Positions 1 through 11,990 are shown, numbered from the stretch's first letter. The stretch: DNA of 64,000 nt from Longimicrobiales bacterium (GCA_965198065.1 CBDAON010000004.1:512001-576000), one strand, 5' to 3'. The notes: generated by a model from the letters alone, not told the origin. Made by a program: numbers and translations.

Positions 1-263
1 CAACGAGAGCTTCAACGGCAAGCTCAGGGACGAGCTGTTGAACGGGGAGATCTTCTGCTCGTTGGCGGAGGCGGCCGTGCTGGTCGAGCAATGGAGGCGC
101 GAGTACAATACCGTCCGACCCCACAGCGCCTGCGGCGGCTTTCCCCCGGCCCCTGAGGCGATTAAAAGCCGTCGCCCTGGTTCCTGAGGATGCCCGTCCT
201 TCACGGCCCTCCACAGGTGCTGGGACTAACATAGGTTGTGGTACCGCTCTTCGGGGCAGGTCA
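1..263 (+). mobile_element. IS3-family element, 3' part (end of orfB plus right IR), truncated by the window edge
   Basis: Encodes NESFNGKLRDELLNGEIF...EYNTVRPHS. Ends ...TTCGGGGCAGGTCA. Near-identical to 21475-21735. Confidence 0.92.
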
Positions 264-316
264 GTCGCCCACTCCACGAGTGGATTACAACGACTCTTGG
301 TTGAGTCTGGACTGGG

Positions 317-652
317 TTACAGCAGCAACAGGTAATACAGTGCGAAAGAGGTACCCACAATCGCCAGTCCATAGAAAAGCAAGGCCAGCACGCGGTCCAA
401 CCCTCTTAGACCCAGGTCCGCCACGGCATAGCGGAAGCGATGCGCCCAATGGAACAGCGGTAGGGAAATAAGCACGAAAAGGTACACACGCGCCAACGGA
501 TGGCGGATCAACTCATTGAACTGCCCAACGTCGATCACACCAGCTGGTATGGCGATGCCGGTGAGAATGATGGTGACCGGGACAAAGAACGCGGCCACCA
601 CGCCGCCCGCGGAAAACAGAGACCACCAGATCGGTTCATTGGACTTGGCCAT
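317..652 (-). CDS. frdD: Fumarate reductase subunit D (membrane anchor)
   Basis: MAKSNEPIWWSLFSAGG...LPLFHWAHR matches the FrdD pattern. Start moved to the ATG at 652. Confidence 0.9.
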   Translation of the reverse strand: MAKSNEPIWWSLFSAGGVVAAFFVPVTIILTGIAIPAGVIDVGQFNELIRHPLARVYLFVLISLPLFHWAHRFRYAVADLGLRGLDRVLALLFYGLAIVGTSFALYYLLLL

Positions 653-657
653 CGTGC

Positions 658-1065
658 TTACGTCCCCGCAATCCTCCAGCAAATCCCAAAGATCGAAAGG
701 GACAGGACCACCCAGACAACATAGTTCGCGGCGGCAATCCACTTTGGGCTGACACGGTCCTCTCCCCGCCACACGACCATGACCTTGGGCGTCAGATTGA
801 TCCAGGTGATACTGTGATACAAGACCATCAACAGGGCGACCAGATGAAGCACCACGCTCAGCGGACTGTTGAGCATGGCCGCAAACGCGTCCGCGTCGTT
901 TGCCTGGGCAAGCAACACCAGCAAAAACAGCGCGTACCCGCCAACGAATAAGCACGTCAGTTCGCGGACCATGAACAGAAAATACGTCTTGCGATTCAGC
1001 CACCAGGTCACGGGCATCGGCCGAACGTATTCCTTGCTTTGTTTTGCGGCGGACTGATTTGACAT
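658..1065 (-). CDS. frdC: Fumarate reductase subunit C
   Basis: YVRPMPVTWW...FMVRE...HSITWINLTPK is FrdC-like. Operon position agrees. Confidence 0.9.
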   Translation of the reverse strand: MSNQSAAKQSKEYVRPMPVTWWLNRKTYFLFMVRELTCLFVGGYALFLLVLLAQANDADAFAAMLNSPLSVVLHLVALLMVLYHSITWINLTPKVMVVWRGEDRVSPKWIAAANYVVWVVLSLSIFGICWRIAGT

Positions 1066-1103
1066 ATCGCGTTGCCTACTTGTTTTCGCCGACAGCTTGT
1101 TGC

Positions 1104-1877
1104 TTACTGTTTCTTCGTCCCGTGGGGAACTAGGACGGACAGAAATAGATCTTTCGTGGCGTCCACCTTGGCCTGCTGGATTGCCGCAGCCGGATCCACA
1201 TTCTTCGGACAGACCCGCGTGCAGTCACCGACAAACGTGCATTCCCAAATTCCCTCGTCGCTGAAAATCACCTCGGCCCGATCGTCTGCGCCGCCGTCAC
1301 GTGAGTCGAGGTTGTAGCGCTGGGCCAGGGCAATAGCTGCCGGTCCGATAAACCCCTGATGCCGGCCGTATACCGGGCAAGCCGCGTAGCAGAGCATGCA
1401 GTTGATGCACATGCTGAACTGCTTGTATCGGGCTAACTCCGCTGGCGACTGGCGGTACTCGCCTTCCGAAACGGATCTCTCTTCTTTTGGGATCAGCCAG
1501 GCCTGGACATCGTTCAGCTTGTGCAGAAAGTCGTCCATGTTGATCACCAAATCGCGGATCACTGGGAAGTAGTCCAACGGCTCGATGCGTATGGGTTCCG
1601 GATAGTAGTCGCGCAGAAAGGTGGCACAAGTCAGCTTCGCCTCGCCGTCGACCATCATCCCGCAACTACCGCAAACGCCCATCCGACACGCCCAGCGATA
1701 CGACAGCGTCCCATCCATCTCGTCCTTGACGTGGTTCAGCGCATCCAGCACCACCCAGTCTTTGTGATAAGGAACGTCATAACGATCAAATCGCGGCTCG
1801 TCTTCCTCATCCGGTCGGTAGCGAAAAACTTCTAGAGTAATTTTGCTGCCGGACTGGTCCGCGTCAGTTGCTGCCAT
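1104..1877 (-). CDS. frdB: Fumarate reductase iron-sulfur subunit
   Basis: [21 protein letters not shown] and [12 protein letters not shown]e-S motifs. Confidence 0.95.
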   Translation of the reverse strand: MAATDADQSGSKITLEVFRYRPDEEDEPRFDRYDVPYHKDWVVLDALNHVKDEMDGTLSYRWACRMGVCGSCGMMVDGEAKLTCATFLRDYYPEPIRIEPLDYFPVIRDLVINMDDFLHKLNDVQAWLIPKEERSVSEGEYRQSPAELARYKQFSMCINCMLCYAACPVYGRHQGFIGPAAIALAQRYNLDSRDGGADDRAEVIFSDEGIWECTFVGDCTRVCPKNVDPAAAIQQAKVDATKDLFLSVLVPHGTKKQ

Positions 1878-3624
1878 AAACCCGTTCTCCTGGTGGCCAA
1901 CGGGTGACGATCACGTCGAGGTAGTCGATGCGCGGGTCTCCGTCGGTTTGGTAGGCCAGCGAATGTTTCAAGAATCGCTCGTCGTTGCGATCGGGGTGGT
2001 CTGTGCGCTGGTGGGAGCCGCGCGATTCGGTCCTGGCCAGCGCGCTGTGGCCCAACGCTTCGGCCACATCAAGCATGAACTCCAGCTCCAACGCGGTCGT
2101 TAGTTCGGTGTTGAACGTCACGCTGTGATCTGCTAGTTCAATCTGGCCTAGACGCTCTTTCAACTCGCGAATCTTGTCGCAGGTGGCGCGCAGCGACTCC
2201 TCGCTGCGGTAAATCCCGGCGCCGCTCTCCATAGCATTGGTCAACTCCACGCGTAGTCCGGCAATGGTCTCTTTGCCGGCATTAGGCTGGAAGAACCGTT
2301 CCCGGATCCGCCGCTGTTCCTCTACGGCTTGGACAGTGATCTCTTGGGCCGCAATGTTGCCCACCTCGCCGCCGAAACGAACGGCCGCCCGCGCTGCCCG
2401 TGCACCGAACACGAGCAATTCGGTCAGCGAATTCGAGCCGAGCCGGTTGGCTCCGTTGATGCTCACACATGCGCACTCGCCGGCCGCGTACAACCCGGGC
2501 AGTGGCGTTTCGCCCTCTATGTTGGTGTGCACACCGCCCATGACGTAGTGCACGACAGGACGCACGGGGATCAACTCGTGTACCGGATCGATGCCAGCGT
2601 AGTTGCGACACAGCTCGCGGACGAAGGGAATCTTCTTGTTAATCTCCTTCTCACCCATGTGACGGACGTCGAGGTGGACAAAGTGTCCATAGGGTCCCTC
2701 GAGGGTCCCGCCCTTCTCCTGCTCTTTCTCGAACGCTTGGGACAATCGGTCGCGCGGCCCCAACTCCATGCTCCGCTTCTGGGGATGCTTGGGGTCCGTT
2801 ACGTCCAACGGCTTGCCAAGATCGTAGTCCTTCAAATAGCGGTGGCCATCTTTGTTGATCAGAATGCCGCCTTCCCCGCGCGATGCCTCGGTAATCAAGA
2901 TGCCGGTTCCCGGCAGACCGGTTGGATGGTACTGAACAAATTCCATGTCTTTCAAGGGCACGCCGACCCGATACGCAAGAGCCATTCCGTCACCCGTCTT
3001 GGTCGATGCATTTGTGGTAAACGGAAAGATGCGTCCCGCCCCACCGGTACAGACGATCACAGCCTTGGCTGCGATCGCGCGAATCTGGCCTGTCCGAAGC
3101 TCCAAAGCCGCCACACCCTGGCAGCGGCCGTCGTGAACAAGCAGCTTCGTCGCAAACCATTCGTCGTAGCGGGTGATGTTTCTGTACTTCAGCGCCGTCT
3201 GAAACAGTGCGTGAAGCATGTGAAACCCGGTCTTGTCCGCGGCAAACCAGGTCCGCTCGATCTTCATTCCACCGAATGGCCGCACGGCCACAGTGCCGTC
3301 CGGTTCGCGGCTCCAGGGGCAGCCCCAATGTTCCAGCTGGATCATTTCCTCGGGTGCTTCGTTGACAAAGGCTTCCACCGCATCTTGGTCGGCCAACCAA
3401 TCGGCGCCTGAGATGGTGTCGTAGATGTGATCCTCAAGACTGTCGTTTGCCTTGATAACCGCCGCCGCACCGCCCTCGGCCGAGACGGTGTGGGAGCGCA
3501 TCGGATAGACCTTCGACACGACGCCGACGCTCAACCGTGGGTTTTCTTCGCCAATGGCGATGGCCGCCCGCAGCCCAGCACCGCCGCCGCCCACGATAAG
3601 GATGTCGTGGCTTAACAAGTCCAT
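1864..3624 (-). CDS. frdA: Fumarate reductase flavoprotein subunit
   Basis: [16 protein letters not shown] (covalent FAD His; Glu as in Frd), [22 protein letters not shown]. Confidence 0.95.
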   Translation of the reverse strand: MDLLSHDILIVGGGGAGLRAAIAIGEENPRLSVGVVSKVYPMRSHTVSAEGGAAAVIKANDSLEDHIYDTISGADWLADQDAVEAFVNEAPEEMIQLEHWGCPWSREPDGTVAVRPFGGMKIERTWFAADKTGFHMLHALFQTALKYRNITRYDEWFATKLLVHDGRCQGVAALELRTGQIRAIAAKAVIVCTGGAGRIFPFTTNASTKTGDGMALAYRVGVPLKDMEFVQYHPTGLPGTGILITEASRGEGGILINKDGHRYLKDYDLGKPLDVTDPKHPQKRSMELGPRDRLSQAFEKEQEKGGTLEGPYGHFVHLDVRHMGEKEINKKIPFVRELCRNYAGIDPVHELIPVRPVVHYVMGGVHTNIEGETPLPGLYAAGECACVSINGANRLGSNSLTELLVFGARAARAAVRFGGEVGNIAAQEITVQAVEEQRRIRERFFQPNAGKETIAGLRVELTNAMESGAGIYRSEESLRATCDKIRELKERLGQIELADHSVTFNTELTTALELEFMLDVAEALGHSALARTESRGSHQRTDHPDRNDERFLKHSLAYQTDGDPRIDYLDVIVTRWPPGERVYGSN

Positions 3625-3942
3625 TGATGTCGATTCCTTTGCCCTGGCCGCCGCGACCTCACTGCGGAAAACGTGCGGTTATGCCGTTTCTTGCTCTTCC
3701 TTTCATGTAACCACGCGGTATTCCCCTGACTCTGTTGATGGGAGTCGAATCATCCACGGGTTTTTGGGAATCGAACATGCACAGCAAAATGCGTATCTGC
3801 AAGGAGGGTCTGGATGCCAGGCAACGTGCCCCATCCGACCCCACTCCCCCCCATGTGAGTGGCGCGGCACCGACCCGGTGGACCGCCCGCGAATAGGCGA
3901 TTCAAAGGGGGTTCGCGCGGAAGAGGTGAGTGGATCTGCAGG

Positions 3943-4626
3943 TTACCCGGCAGCCAGGTGTTTCTGGAAGAACTGCACCGAACGCTCCAGCGCCCTTCGG
4001 CACGCCTGTTCGTTGTACACGTCCGGGCGGTCATCGTTGCAGAAGGCGTGGTGTGTCCCCTCGTAGATGAAAAATTCCGACTCGACGCCCGCGGATTTCA
4101 GCGACTCCTCGAGTCCCGGTATAGCTTCCGTTGCGGCGTCGTTCTTTGCATCGGCGAAGTGGCCCTGGATCGGGCACTGGACGGTGCTAGTGTCGGGCAG
4201 TCCGCCCGGGAGGACGCCATAGAACGGTGCGGCGGCGTCGATGGCCTTCAATGATGCGAGCAGTAGGGTCATTCCGCCTCCCATGCAGTAGCCGACGCAT
4301 CCGACCTTTCCGGTGCTGTTCGCTTCGTGCGTTCTCAGGTAGTCGACGGCGCCTCTCAGGTCTTTAGACGCCTCCGTGATCTGCAGCTCACGCATCAGGG
4401 TCATGGCGTGGTCCGGTTCGGTGGTGGTCTCGCCGTGGTAAAGATCGGGCGCGAGGGTGAGGAAGCCGCGTGCGGAGTAGCGCCCTGCCATGTTCTTGAT
4501 GTGCTGAACGAGTCCCCACCATTCCTGGATCAGGAGTAAACCAGGTCCGCTGCCAGAGGGCGGGAGCGACATGTAGCCCCGGGTGGTTCCTCCGTTGCTC
4601 GGGAATTCGATCATCGTGCCGGTCAT
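3943..4626 (-). CDS. Dienelactone hydrolase family protein
   Basis: QEWWG, GYCMGG nucleophile Cys, HAFCND. Confidence 0.9.
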   Translation of the reverse strand: MTGTMIEFPSNGGTTRGYMSLPPSGSGPGLLLIQEWWGLVQHIKNMAGRYSARGFLTLAPDLYHGETTTEPDHAMTLMRELQITEASKDLRGAVDYLRTHEANSTGKVGCVGYCMGGGMTLLLASLKAIDAAAPFYGVLPGGLPDTSTVQCPIQGHFADAKNDAATEAIPGLEESLKSAGVESEFFIYEGTHHAFCNDDRPDVYNEQACRRALERSVQFFQKHLAAG

Positions 4627-4871
4627 GGAAGCCTCCGTTGTTCGGAATCGCCTGACCTTACCCCCAAAAAGAGTAGGGCATGCCCCGGGGGGGTGTATGG
4701 GACCCCATATCAGGGCAGCCTTCAGGCGGGTGATGGGGTTGGCGGTCAGGGGCCTACTGGTGCACTCTCACAGCTGTGTGCCGAATTTGGACAAGAAATC
4801 GACCGAGGGTGGCCCGGGCCATCCCCGTCCGCACGGATTCTCTCGCGCCTCCAAGAGGCTGGTGCCCGACC

Positions 4872-6552
4872 TCAGTCGACAATGCGGACGCTCCCCGCGT
4901 CGCCGTCCACCTCGATCGTGTCACCGTCCTTGATCGTGCTGGTCACCACGCCAATTCCGACCACCGCCGGAATGCGATACTCGCGAGCCACCACGGCGCA
5001 GTGGCTGAGAATGCCTCCTGTGTCCGTAACGATGCCTCCGGCCGTCGCGAACAGGGGCGTGCGTCCACGATGGCGAGGTGCCCTCGGCGACCAAGATGTC
5101 TCCCACCCCGAGCTTGTCGGCTTCGTCCAGAGAGCGTATCACCCTTGCTGTTCCCTGGACCTTACCCGGTGAGCCGGCATTTCCCGCCAACGTATCTGCC
5201 GCATCGCTCTGCTCGGGCGGCAGTCCAAAGAACTTGGCCAACGACGTAGAAACCAGACCGGGTGGTGGTGGACCGTAGTCCGTGCCCATGAACGGCGGCG
5301 GCTTCAGCGATCCGAAATGCTCAACCTCCTTCTTACGGGCCTCCACGAGACCCTTGTGATCGGGCACAGGTGAGGCGGCGACCGCTTCCGCGATTTCGCC
5401 TGTCTGCAGAAAGAAGATGTCCTCGGCTGTCGCTAGCGTCCCCGCTTCGGCCAATCGCTTTCCCATCTCCATGATGACTCGACGCACGCGGTAGGTGGCC
5501 TGAAAATCGATCCAGTAGCCGTGATCTTCGGTGAGTACGACGGCCGTCGATGCCGCCTTGAGCAGAAATTCAAACTCGTCGCGGACATTGGACGGGTACC
5601 CCTGAAGTCGCTCCCTGACGTCGGCTACGGCTTCCTCGCGTTCTGCGGCTCGCTCCTCGAGCTCGGCGGCCGGGTCGCCCTCCTGTCCGACGTAGTCCTG
5701 TAGGTTGGTGACGATGACCGGACTGGGGTCCTCGACCCAGCTCCCGTGACAGATTCCCCAATCCGACGTTCGCTTTCCGTGGAGGTTCAAGAACGCGTCC
5801 AACTCCTTCGCAAACGCCTGCCCGTCATCGGACCCCGACAGGGCCTTCACCACATCGCCGGCGGCGCGCTCCCCAAAGACCTTGCGGACCCCATCGCTTG
5901 CCCTGGCCCCGCGACTTAGATCCCACAGTGCACGATTCACCTCCAGGGTCTTGTTGTCGAAACCCTGCGTGAGCTTCTGCGACTCGAAGATGCCATCCGA
6001 AAACAGGTCTTGGTGCAGATCGTCCAGCAGCGAAAGCGCGACATACACCGGGAATACGATCTGGAAGTGAATGTCGGCCAGACGCAAGGAATCTTCCCAC
6101 ACCTTCGAGAAATGTGCTTGGAGATCCGCGGTGGAGGCCGCCGCAAGATCGAAGGCGTCCCAGTCTTCGATCTGCCTCTTGATCTCGGGTAGCCATTCGT
6201 CGTCCCAGCGCTCTTGCAGTCGGCCGATTGTGTCCATCACGACCTCGTCCGAACGCTTGCCCAGTTCCTGCATCTCGTCCGGGGAGACTCGGGGGAAGAT
6301 GGCGAAATACAACCAGTAGTTGAACGACTTGGCCACCGCCTGCAGCGGCATCTCGTAATGCTCCATGGCTAGGTGCGCGCCGTGCATGAAACGGGTCCAG
6401 AATTCTCCCTCGAGAGGTGGTATTATTTCGTTAAAGTGCATCCGGTCGTGCTGCCAGGGAGTCTTCTGTTCGTCGGTGGAGGCCCACTCGACCGGGAAGT
6501 CCTCTTGGGGTGGAATTGCTACGGGTTCAGGTGGGGATCCTGCATCGGACAT
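4872..6552 (-). pseudogene. PEP-utilising enzyme: substrate-binding plus phospho-His swivel domain (RPH/PpsA-like), frameshifted near 5060
   Basis: GNAGSPGKVQGTAR...TSPSWT, then in another frame LFATAGGIVTDTGGILSHCAVVAREYRIPAVVG...IEVDG. A 4-bp duplication (ACGC) shifts the frame. Confidence 0.85.
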
Positions 6553-6586
6553 GGCCCGCTTTCCTCCGTTTTCGGATTTGCGTTGC

Positions 6587-7468
6587 TCACCCGTGATCGG
6601 GTTCGGCCAACGTAGTGATCTGGCGACACTGCAGTAGAAACAGCTCCTCCCCGCAATAGGCGCTCTCCACGTCGACCGGCCATCCCATCTCATCCTCCAG
6701 GCTCATCGCCAGCTCCGCCATAGCGACCAGCTGCTCATCGGAGAGCGTCGGGTGCGAGCGCATGAACCTCGGAACAGTCACTTCCTTAGTGCCATCTGGA
6801 ACCAGCACTGTCATGACCTTCTTATCGGAGATCTTGGACTCGGTCACTGTCAGGTCCCGCTTGTCGATCGTAAAGGTGTCCGGGCTGACGGTTCCGCCGA
6901 CGATGCTCTCACCCAGCCCCCAGCTGGCGTTGATCACGACCTCGTCGCGATTGTGGGTGACGGGATTGGCGCTGAAGATCACGGCCGACGAGTCGGCCGG
7001 CACCCGGTGCTGAACGAGCACCGCCATCGCTATACTGTCGAGCGCTAGCCCGTAGCGCTGTCTGTATTCGGTGACCCGCTCCGCCCCCGCGGAGTGCCAG
7101 CAGCGCAGCACGGCGGCGGCCACGGCCGCATCACCCGTCAGATTCAAATAGGTCTCGTACTGTCCGGCAAAGGAGGCGAGGCAACCGTCTTCGTCAATTG
7201 CAGACGACCGCACCGCCACGCTGGGCTTCTCGGCGTCTGAGCGCTGAGCCAGCTCACCATAGGCATCGCTGAGCTGGCGGAGCAGCTCCGCTGGAAACTC
7301 ATCCGCGTGGCCGTCCCCATGGCCCGCCCACTCCTGGAAAGCCGCCGTAGTCATACAGAAGCCGGGCGGGACCTGGTACTCCACTGCGAGTCGGCTCAGG
7401 TTGGCCACCTTGCCTCCAACCCGAGAGACGTCCTGACACCCAGCATCGTCCAACCAGATAATGTTCAT
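6587..7468 (-). CDS. PEP/pyruvate-binding (PPDK N-terminal ATP-grasp) protein
   Basis: VGGKVANL, VAVRSSAIDED, SFAGQYET, SWGLGESIVGG, LLQCRQIT. Confidence 0.92.
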   Translation of the reverse strand: MNIIWLDDAGCQDVSRVGGKVANLSRLAVEYQVPPGFCMTTAAFQEWAGHGDGHADEFPAELLRQLSDAYGELAQRSDAEKPSVAVRSSAIDEDGCLASFAGQYETYLNLTGDAAVAAAVLRCWHSAGAERVTEYRQRYGLALDSIAMAVLVQHRVPADSSAVIFSANPVTHNRDEVVINASWGLGESIVGGTVSPDTFTIDKRDLTVTESKISDKKVMTVLVPDGTKEVTVPRFMRSHPTLSDEQLVAMAELAMSLEDEMGWPVDVESAYCGEELFLLQCRQITTLAEPDHG

Positions 7469-7578
7469 CGCATGTCAGTTGGGTTACTCGACAAGACGGT
7501 CATGGGATCGTCGGGGGGCGGGGGGGACTGTCTGCTGACGAAGATGCCGGTGGGGTTGGTGGGGAGCAAGCAAGCTCC

Positions 7579-8860
7579 CTATCCAGGCTCGGCGGCCTTT
7601 CCGGGCAAAGCCAGCGCGCTGATCGCCGCGACGACTAGGGCCGCCAAATAGACTACCGTAGCCGCACTATGTGCGTTCACACCCGCCTGTTCCCCTCCGA
7701 GCAGATATCCGAGCGCCGAGATACCGATCACGCCTCCGATGTAGCGGGCCGTCGACACGGCCCCCCCGGCCATCCCGGCTTCTCTGCGACCCACCGCACT
7801 CATGGCGCCCGCCTGGGCCGGGGCCGACGAGAGTCCCAGGCCGGCACCGATCAGAAGGAGGCCGACCAGGGCGTCCCCGGGTGACTGCAGGGCCTGGAAG
7901 TCGGAGACGAGGTAGACGCCGGCGAGTGCAGTCAGGGTGCCCACGAATGCGGTCGCACGGGCGCCGACCCGCTCCGAGACCCAGCCTCCGAGAGGCGAGC
8001 CTACGATCATCGCGATCATCATGGTGATGATCGTTCGTCCGGTAGTCCCGGCTTCCACACCTCGCACCTGCTCGAAGAAGATCGGAAGCTGGAAGAGAAG
8101 CGAATACATTGCCAGGTTCTGGAGCCCGATGACGACGCTTGCGGCGGTGAACGTGGGTCGCAGGAACAGCCTGAGGTCGAGGACCGGCTCCGCTACATGG
8201 CGCTCCCAGCGTACGAAAACGGCCAGCAGCGCCACACCGCCCAGCGCCGCCCCTAAGGCCGTCGAACCCGAGGTCTGAGCTGCCACCACAAGCAGGGTCA
8301 TCCCGAAGCCCAGCAGCACGCTGCCCAGAACATCGAAGCGAGGCGACCGCCGGCCGATAGCGGCCTGTGCGGTTCCCTCTGACTTAGTCGCGAGCCGAAT
8401 CAAGAAGTATGAGACCAGGATCACCGGAATGTTGGCGATGAAGACGGACCGCCACCCGAACAGGGCTGTGAGCTCCCCCCCCACGAGAGGGCCGATCGCG
8501 GCCGCGGTTCCCATCACGGAACCGAAATAGCCGAAAGTGCGTGCCGCCTCTCGACCGGTACGAGGTTTCGCAGAAGCGCCATTGTTGCCGGTACCGTCAT
8601 CGCTCCCCCAGCGGCCATCGCGATCCGGGCAAACACCAGGCTGGGCAGGTTCGCCAATGCGAATCCGGCCATCGAGCCGACTGCGTAGATGGCCATGCCG
8701 ATGACGAGACCGCGTTCATGACCGATCAAATCCCCGAGTTTTCCTCCCGGGCTCATCGCGGCGATTCCAACAACGCGATCATCGTGGATCCGAGTGGAGC
8801 CAGGGCGGCGGCGAGGAACATCCCCACGTAGAACAACGCCGAGACGCGTTGGGCGGGAGG
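7579..8860 (-). pseudogene. DHA2-type MFS transporter, fragmented
   Basis: Pieces LAPLGSTMIA / GKLGDLIG / IGPLVGG...GWRSVFIANIP lie in different frames. Internal deletion near 8770 and frameshift near 8540. Confidence 0.85.
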
Positions 8861-9200
8861 TTCGTGCGGGATTGAGGCGGGTTCGCGCGGGCTCAAGGCG
8901 GCAGTCTCGAGGGACTCAGCGGGTGATCGCCCGGTACTGAAGAAGGTAGAGCGCCCAGCAGGCCCCCCTACAGGCTACTTGTCGTGTCGCGGCCGACGGT
9001 CTCCGTCAGCACGCCCGCCCCCTCAAGCGCGATCCAGCTGCCAACCACATAAATGCCCAACACCTGCCACAGGGACCGGCGGTGGATCTCAGCGATCAGA
9101 CGCTTCAGAGGATTCTCGGAGGAGTCGGCCATACGTCCCGTTACAAAGAGGAATCACGGAACTGCGCCCAACTGACAAGACGCGGGAAGAGATGCTGGGC

Positions 9201-10636
9201 GGAGTGAGTCCCATCTTTAGTTGAAATTGAAGCGGCCTCCAACCTCAGGTAACGTGGGTGTGCGACCACACCACGGGATCACAAGAGAGGAAGGAGGGCC
9301 ACCGATGGGAAGGATGCCAAGGCTCGTCGAGCGGGGCAAGAAGGACCGGCGGCTCGGGGAACCGAGGGAGGTGAGTTGGGAGGAGATCGAGGCGCTGGAG
9401 CTGGACCCTCGGGTGGAGCTGATCCGGCAGCTGATTCCGCTGGGACTGGCGGAGGTGGGCCGGATGCTCGAGGAGGAAGTGGAGCAACTGGCGGGGCAAC
9501 GTCACGCCAGGAAGACCGAGGACGATCGACATTGCCGGCATGGGCATAACCCAGGGTCGGTGCGGTTGGGCGGCCAGCGGCATCCGGTGCGAGTACCGCG
9601 GGTGCGAGGCCCGGCCGGAGAGTCGAGGCTGGCGGCGTATGAGCAGCTGCATGGCTCGCCCGGCGAGATGGACGAGGGGCTGTTTCGGAAGGTGCTGCTC
9701 GGGATCTCGTGCCGGGACTACGAGGCAGCGGTCGAGGCGGTGCCTGGAGCCATCGGGCTGTCGAAGTCGACGGTCTCGCGGGAGTTCAAGAAGGCCACGG
9801 CCGCGAAGCTGAAGGAGTTTCAGGAGCGGGACCTCTCGGGTTACGACGTGGGGTGGCACTCGTCCTGGACGGCAAGAGCTTTGCCGAGGACGAGATGGTC
9901 GTCGCGCTCGGGGTGACGACCAAGGGGGACAAGGTCTTCCTCGGGTTCGTCCAGACCGACACGGAGAACGCCGTGGTGATCCGATCCTTCCTTCGGAGTC
10001 TGAAGGACCGAGGTCTCGACCTGTCGGCCGGAGCGCTCGTGGTGATCGATGGAGCCCGCGGTCTCCGGAGCGGCGTCCTGGCGGTCTTCAAGGGACAGGT
10101 GCTCATCCAGCGGTGCCAGTGGCACAAGCGGAAGAACGTGATCTCGTATCTGCCGAGAGCGGAGCAGAAGGGCTGGCGCCAGCGTCTGCAGCGCGCCTAC
10201 CAGCGGCCCACGTACGAAGAGGCCGTCAAGGACCTCAAGGCCCTGCGCCAGGAGCTCGCGGGGGTGAACCAGTCCGCGGCGGCCAGTCTCGATGAGGGGT
10301 TCGAGGAGACCCTCACCCTCCACCGGTTGGGAGTCTTCCCCCTGGTCGGCCAGTCGCTCAAGACCACCAACGTGCTCGAGTCCGTGAACGCCCTGGCCGA
10401 GCAGAGGTGCGGACGCGTGGACCACTGGAAGAACTCGAGCCAGAAGCACCGATGGCTCGCGACCACGCTCCTGGAGATCTAGTCACGGCTCCGGAGGTTG
10501 CTCGGGTACCGACACCTCCCGCTCCTCAGGGCCGCGATCCAGAAGGACCTCGGGATCACCCTTCCCGAGAGCCGTTCACATGCTGTCGCCTGAGACGGAG
10601 GCCGCTCCAGTTTCAACTAACTTTGGGATTGACTCC
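9201..10636 (+). mobile_element. IS256-family element with a disrupted transposase
   Basis: ~40-bp imperfect IRs (GGAGTGAGTCCCATCTTTAGTTGAAATTGAAGCGGCCTCC vs GGAGTCAATCCCAAAGTTAGTTGAAACTGGAGCGGCCTCC). Motifs LDG, VIDG, QRCQWHK, TTNVLESVN. Frameshift ~9850, in-frame TAG at 10480. No target duplication seen. Confidence 0.9.
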
Positions 10637-10659
10637 TGGGGCTCCACCAAGATGCGCAC

Positions 10660-11070
10660 TTGCTCCCGCGCCCGCCACGGAACCCCGACGAGCTGGAGGT
10701 GGCACAGGTGGCGCCAGACGTTGAGGGAGGACTGTTCGTCCTGGCCTCGGTAGATGGAGAGCCCGCTGCTGTGGCCAAGTTCCAGTTGTCGGACCCAGAA
10801 TTCTGGCCGGCGCAGCCGTCTGGAGAGAGCACGTTCATCCATCGTCTCGCCGTTCGACGGCGATACGCCAGGACGGGAGTCTCTTCAGCGTTGATCGACT
10901 GGGCCGTCGAGCGCACGCGCTCAATCGGGCGACAGTACCTGCGTCTGGACTGTGACGCGCTTCGCCCGCGCCTCCGTGCGTTCTACGAGCGTCGTGGATT
11001 CATTTTCCAGAGCGAAATCGAGGTCGGTCCACATCATGTCGCTAGATACGAGCGTCGGGTGGACTCGTGA
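10660..11070 (+). CDS. GNAT N-acetyltransferase, probably 5'-truncated by IS256
   Basis: FIHRLAVRR..ARTGVSSALIDW...LRLDC...LRAFYERRGF. Confidence 0.8.
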   Translation: MLPRPPRNPDELEVAQVAPDVEGGLFVLASVDGEPAAVAKFQLSDPEFWPAQPSGESTFIHRLAVRRRYARTGVSSALIDWAVERTRSIGRQYLRLDCDALRPRLRAFYERRGFIFQSEIEVGPHHVARYERRVDS

Positions 11071-11306
11071 TGGGCGTCATGGGCCCCTCGTGACAAGCGG
11101 GGTTTGAGAATCGGATAACAACTGGGTCGGACAACCCCGCTTACGCTCGCAGCGTCCGACTTGCGGCACAGTCACGGCACAGGCTTCAAAAGAGCCGTCA
11201 AACGAGGGCTTCTAGGGGACACGGAGGTTTGCCAGTTCCACGCGGATCGTCAGCCGTGATCCCGGTCCGACGCTTCGCGCGCGGGAGGACATGTTTTGGC
11301 GTCGGC

Positions 11307-11990
11307 CTACACTGGGGCCCTCGCCTTGAAGTGGCTCGTCGTCACGTCAAAGTCTTCTCGCTGGCCACCTTCCTTCCGCGCAACTACCCATTGAACGGCG
11401 CTCTTCTCATCCCAGATTTCGCTCTCGAGAATCTCGAAGCCACTGCTGGACACGAGTGACTCCACTTCAGCGAACGTCAGGCTACGAATCGGCGGTGCGA
11501 AGCCCAACCGCTGAGCGAGACCTAGCAGCGACCTGACAGGCCAATCCCTCTCTCCAAGGCACGGAGTCTGCGAAATGAACAACCCTTCCGGCTCCAACAG
11601 GTCATGCAGTCGAGTCAAGACGCCGTGGATATCGTCCAAGAGGTGAAGGACGTTGAACGCGGTAACGGCCGAGAAGGAGCTGCCTGTCAGCTTCTGGTTG
11701 AACGCGTCCTCTTGACTGAAAGTGACGTTGGGTACGTTCGGATCACGTTCACGTATCTTCTGATTGGCCAGCTCAATCATCTTCGCCGACACGTCGATGC
11801 CGTGAACTCGGTGCACATGGCGCGCGATGTTGAGGCCTATCTCCCCAGACGCACATCCGAGATCGAGCACTACATCGGAGTTGGTCAGCAGTGAGTTGAC
11901 ACTCGCGATGGTCCGTATGTAGAGGGAATCGTGCCTCCGGATATCGTCGTCGTACTTTCTGGCTCTTCTATCCCAGAACGTGGCTTGCAT
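11307..11990 (-). CDS. Class I SAM-dependent methyltransferase
   Basis: FWDRRARKY, VLDLGCASG, AFNVLHLL. Confidence 0.88.
   Translation of the reverse strand: MQATFWDRRARKYDDDIRRHDSLYIRTIASVNSLLTNSDVVLDLGCASGEIGLNIARHVHRVHGIDVSAKMIELANQKIRERDPNVPNVTFSQEDAFNQKLTGSSFSAVTAFNVLHLLDDIHGVLTRLHDLLEPEGLFISQTPCLGERDWPVRSLLGLAQRLGFAPPIRSLTFAEVESLVSSSGFEILESEIWDEKSAVQWVVARKEGGQREDFDVTTSHFKARAPV

Noticed and set aside
3735..3748. FNR box upstream of frdA
   Set aside because: TTGAT-N4-GTCGA matches only one half-site well.
4679..4699. CsoR/RcnR-type operator upstream of the dienelactone hydrolase
   Set aside because: The C/G-tract palindrome is imperfect, such tracts are common at this GC content, and no cognate regulator is nearby.
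11095..11165. Interleaved inverted repeats after the GNAT gene (attC or pseudoknot)
   Set aside because: No complete R''/R' boxes. Could simply be a terminator between convergent genes.
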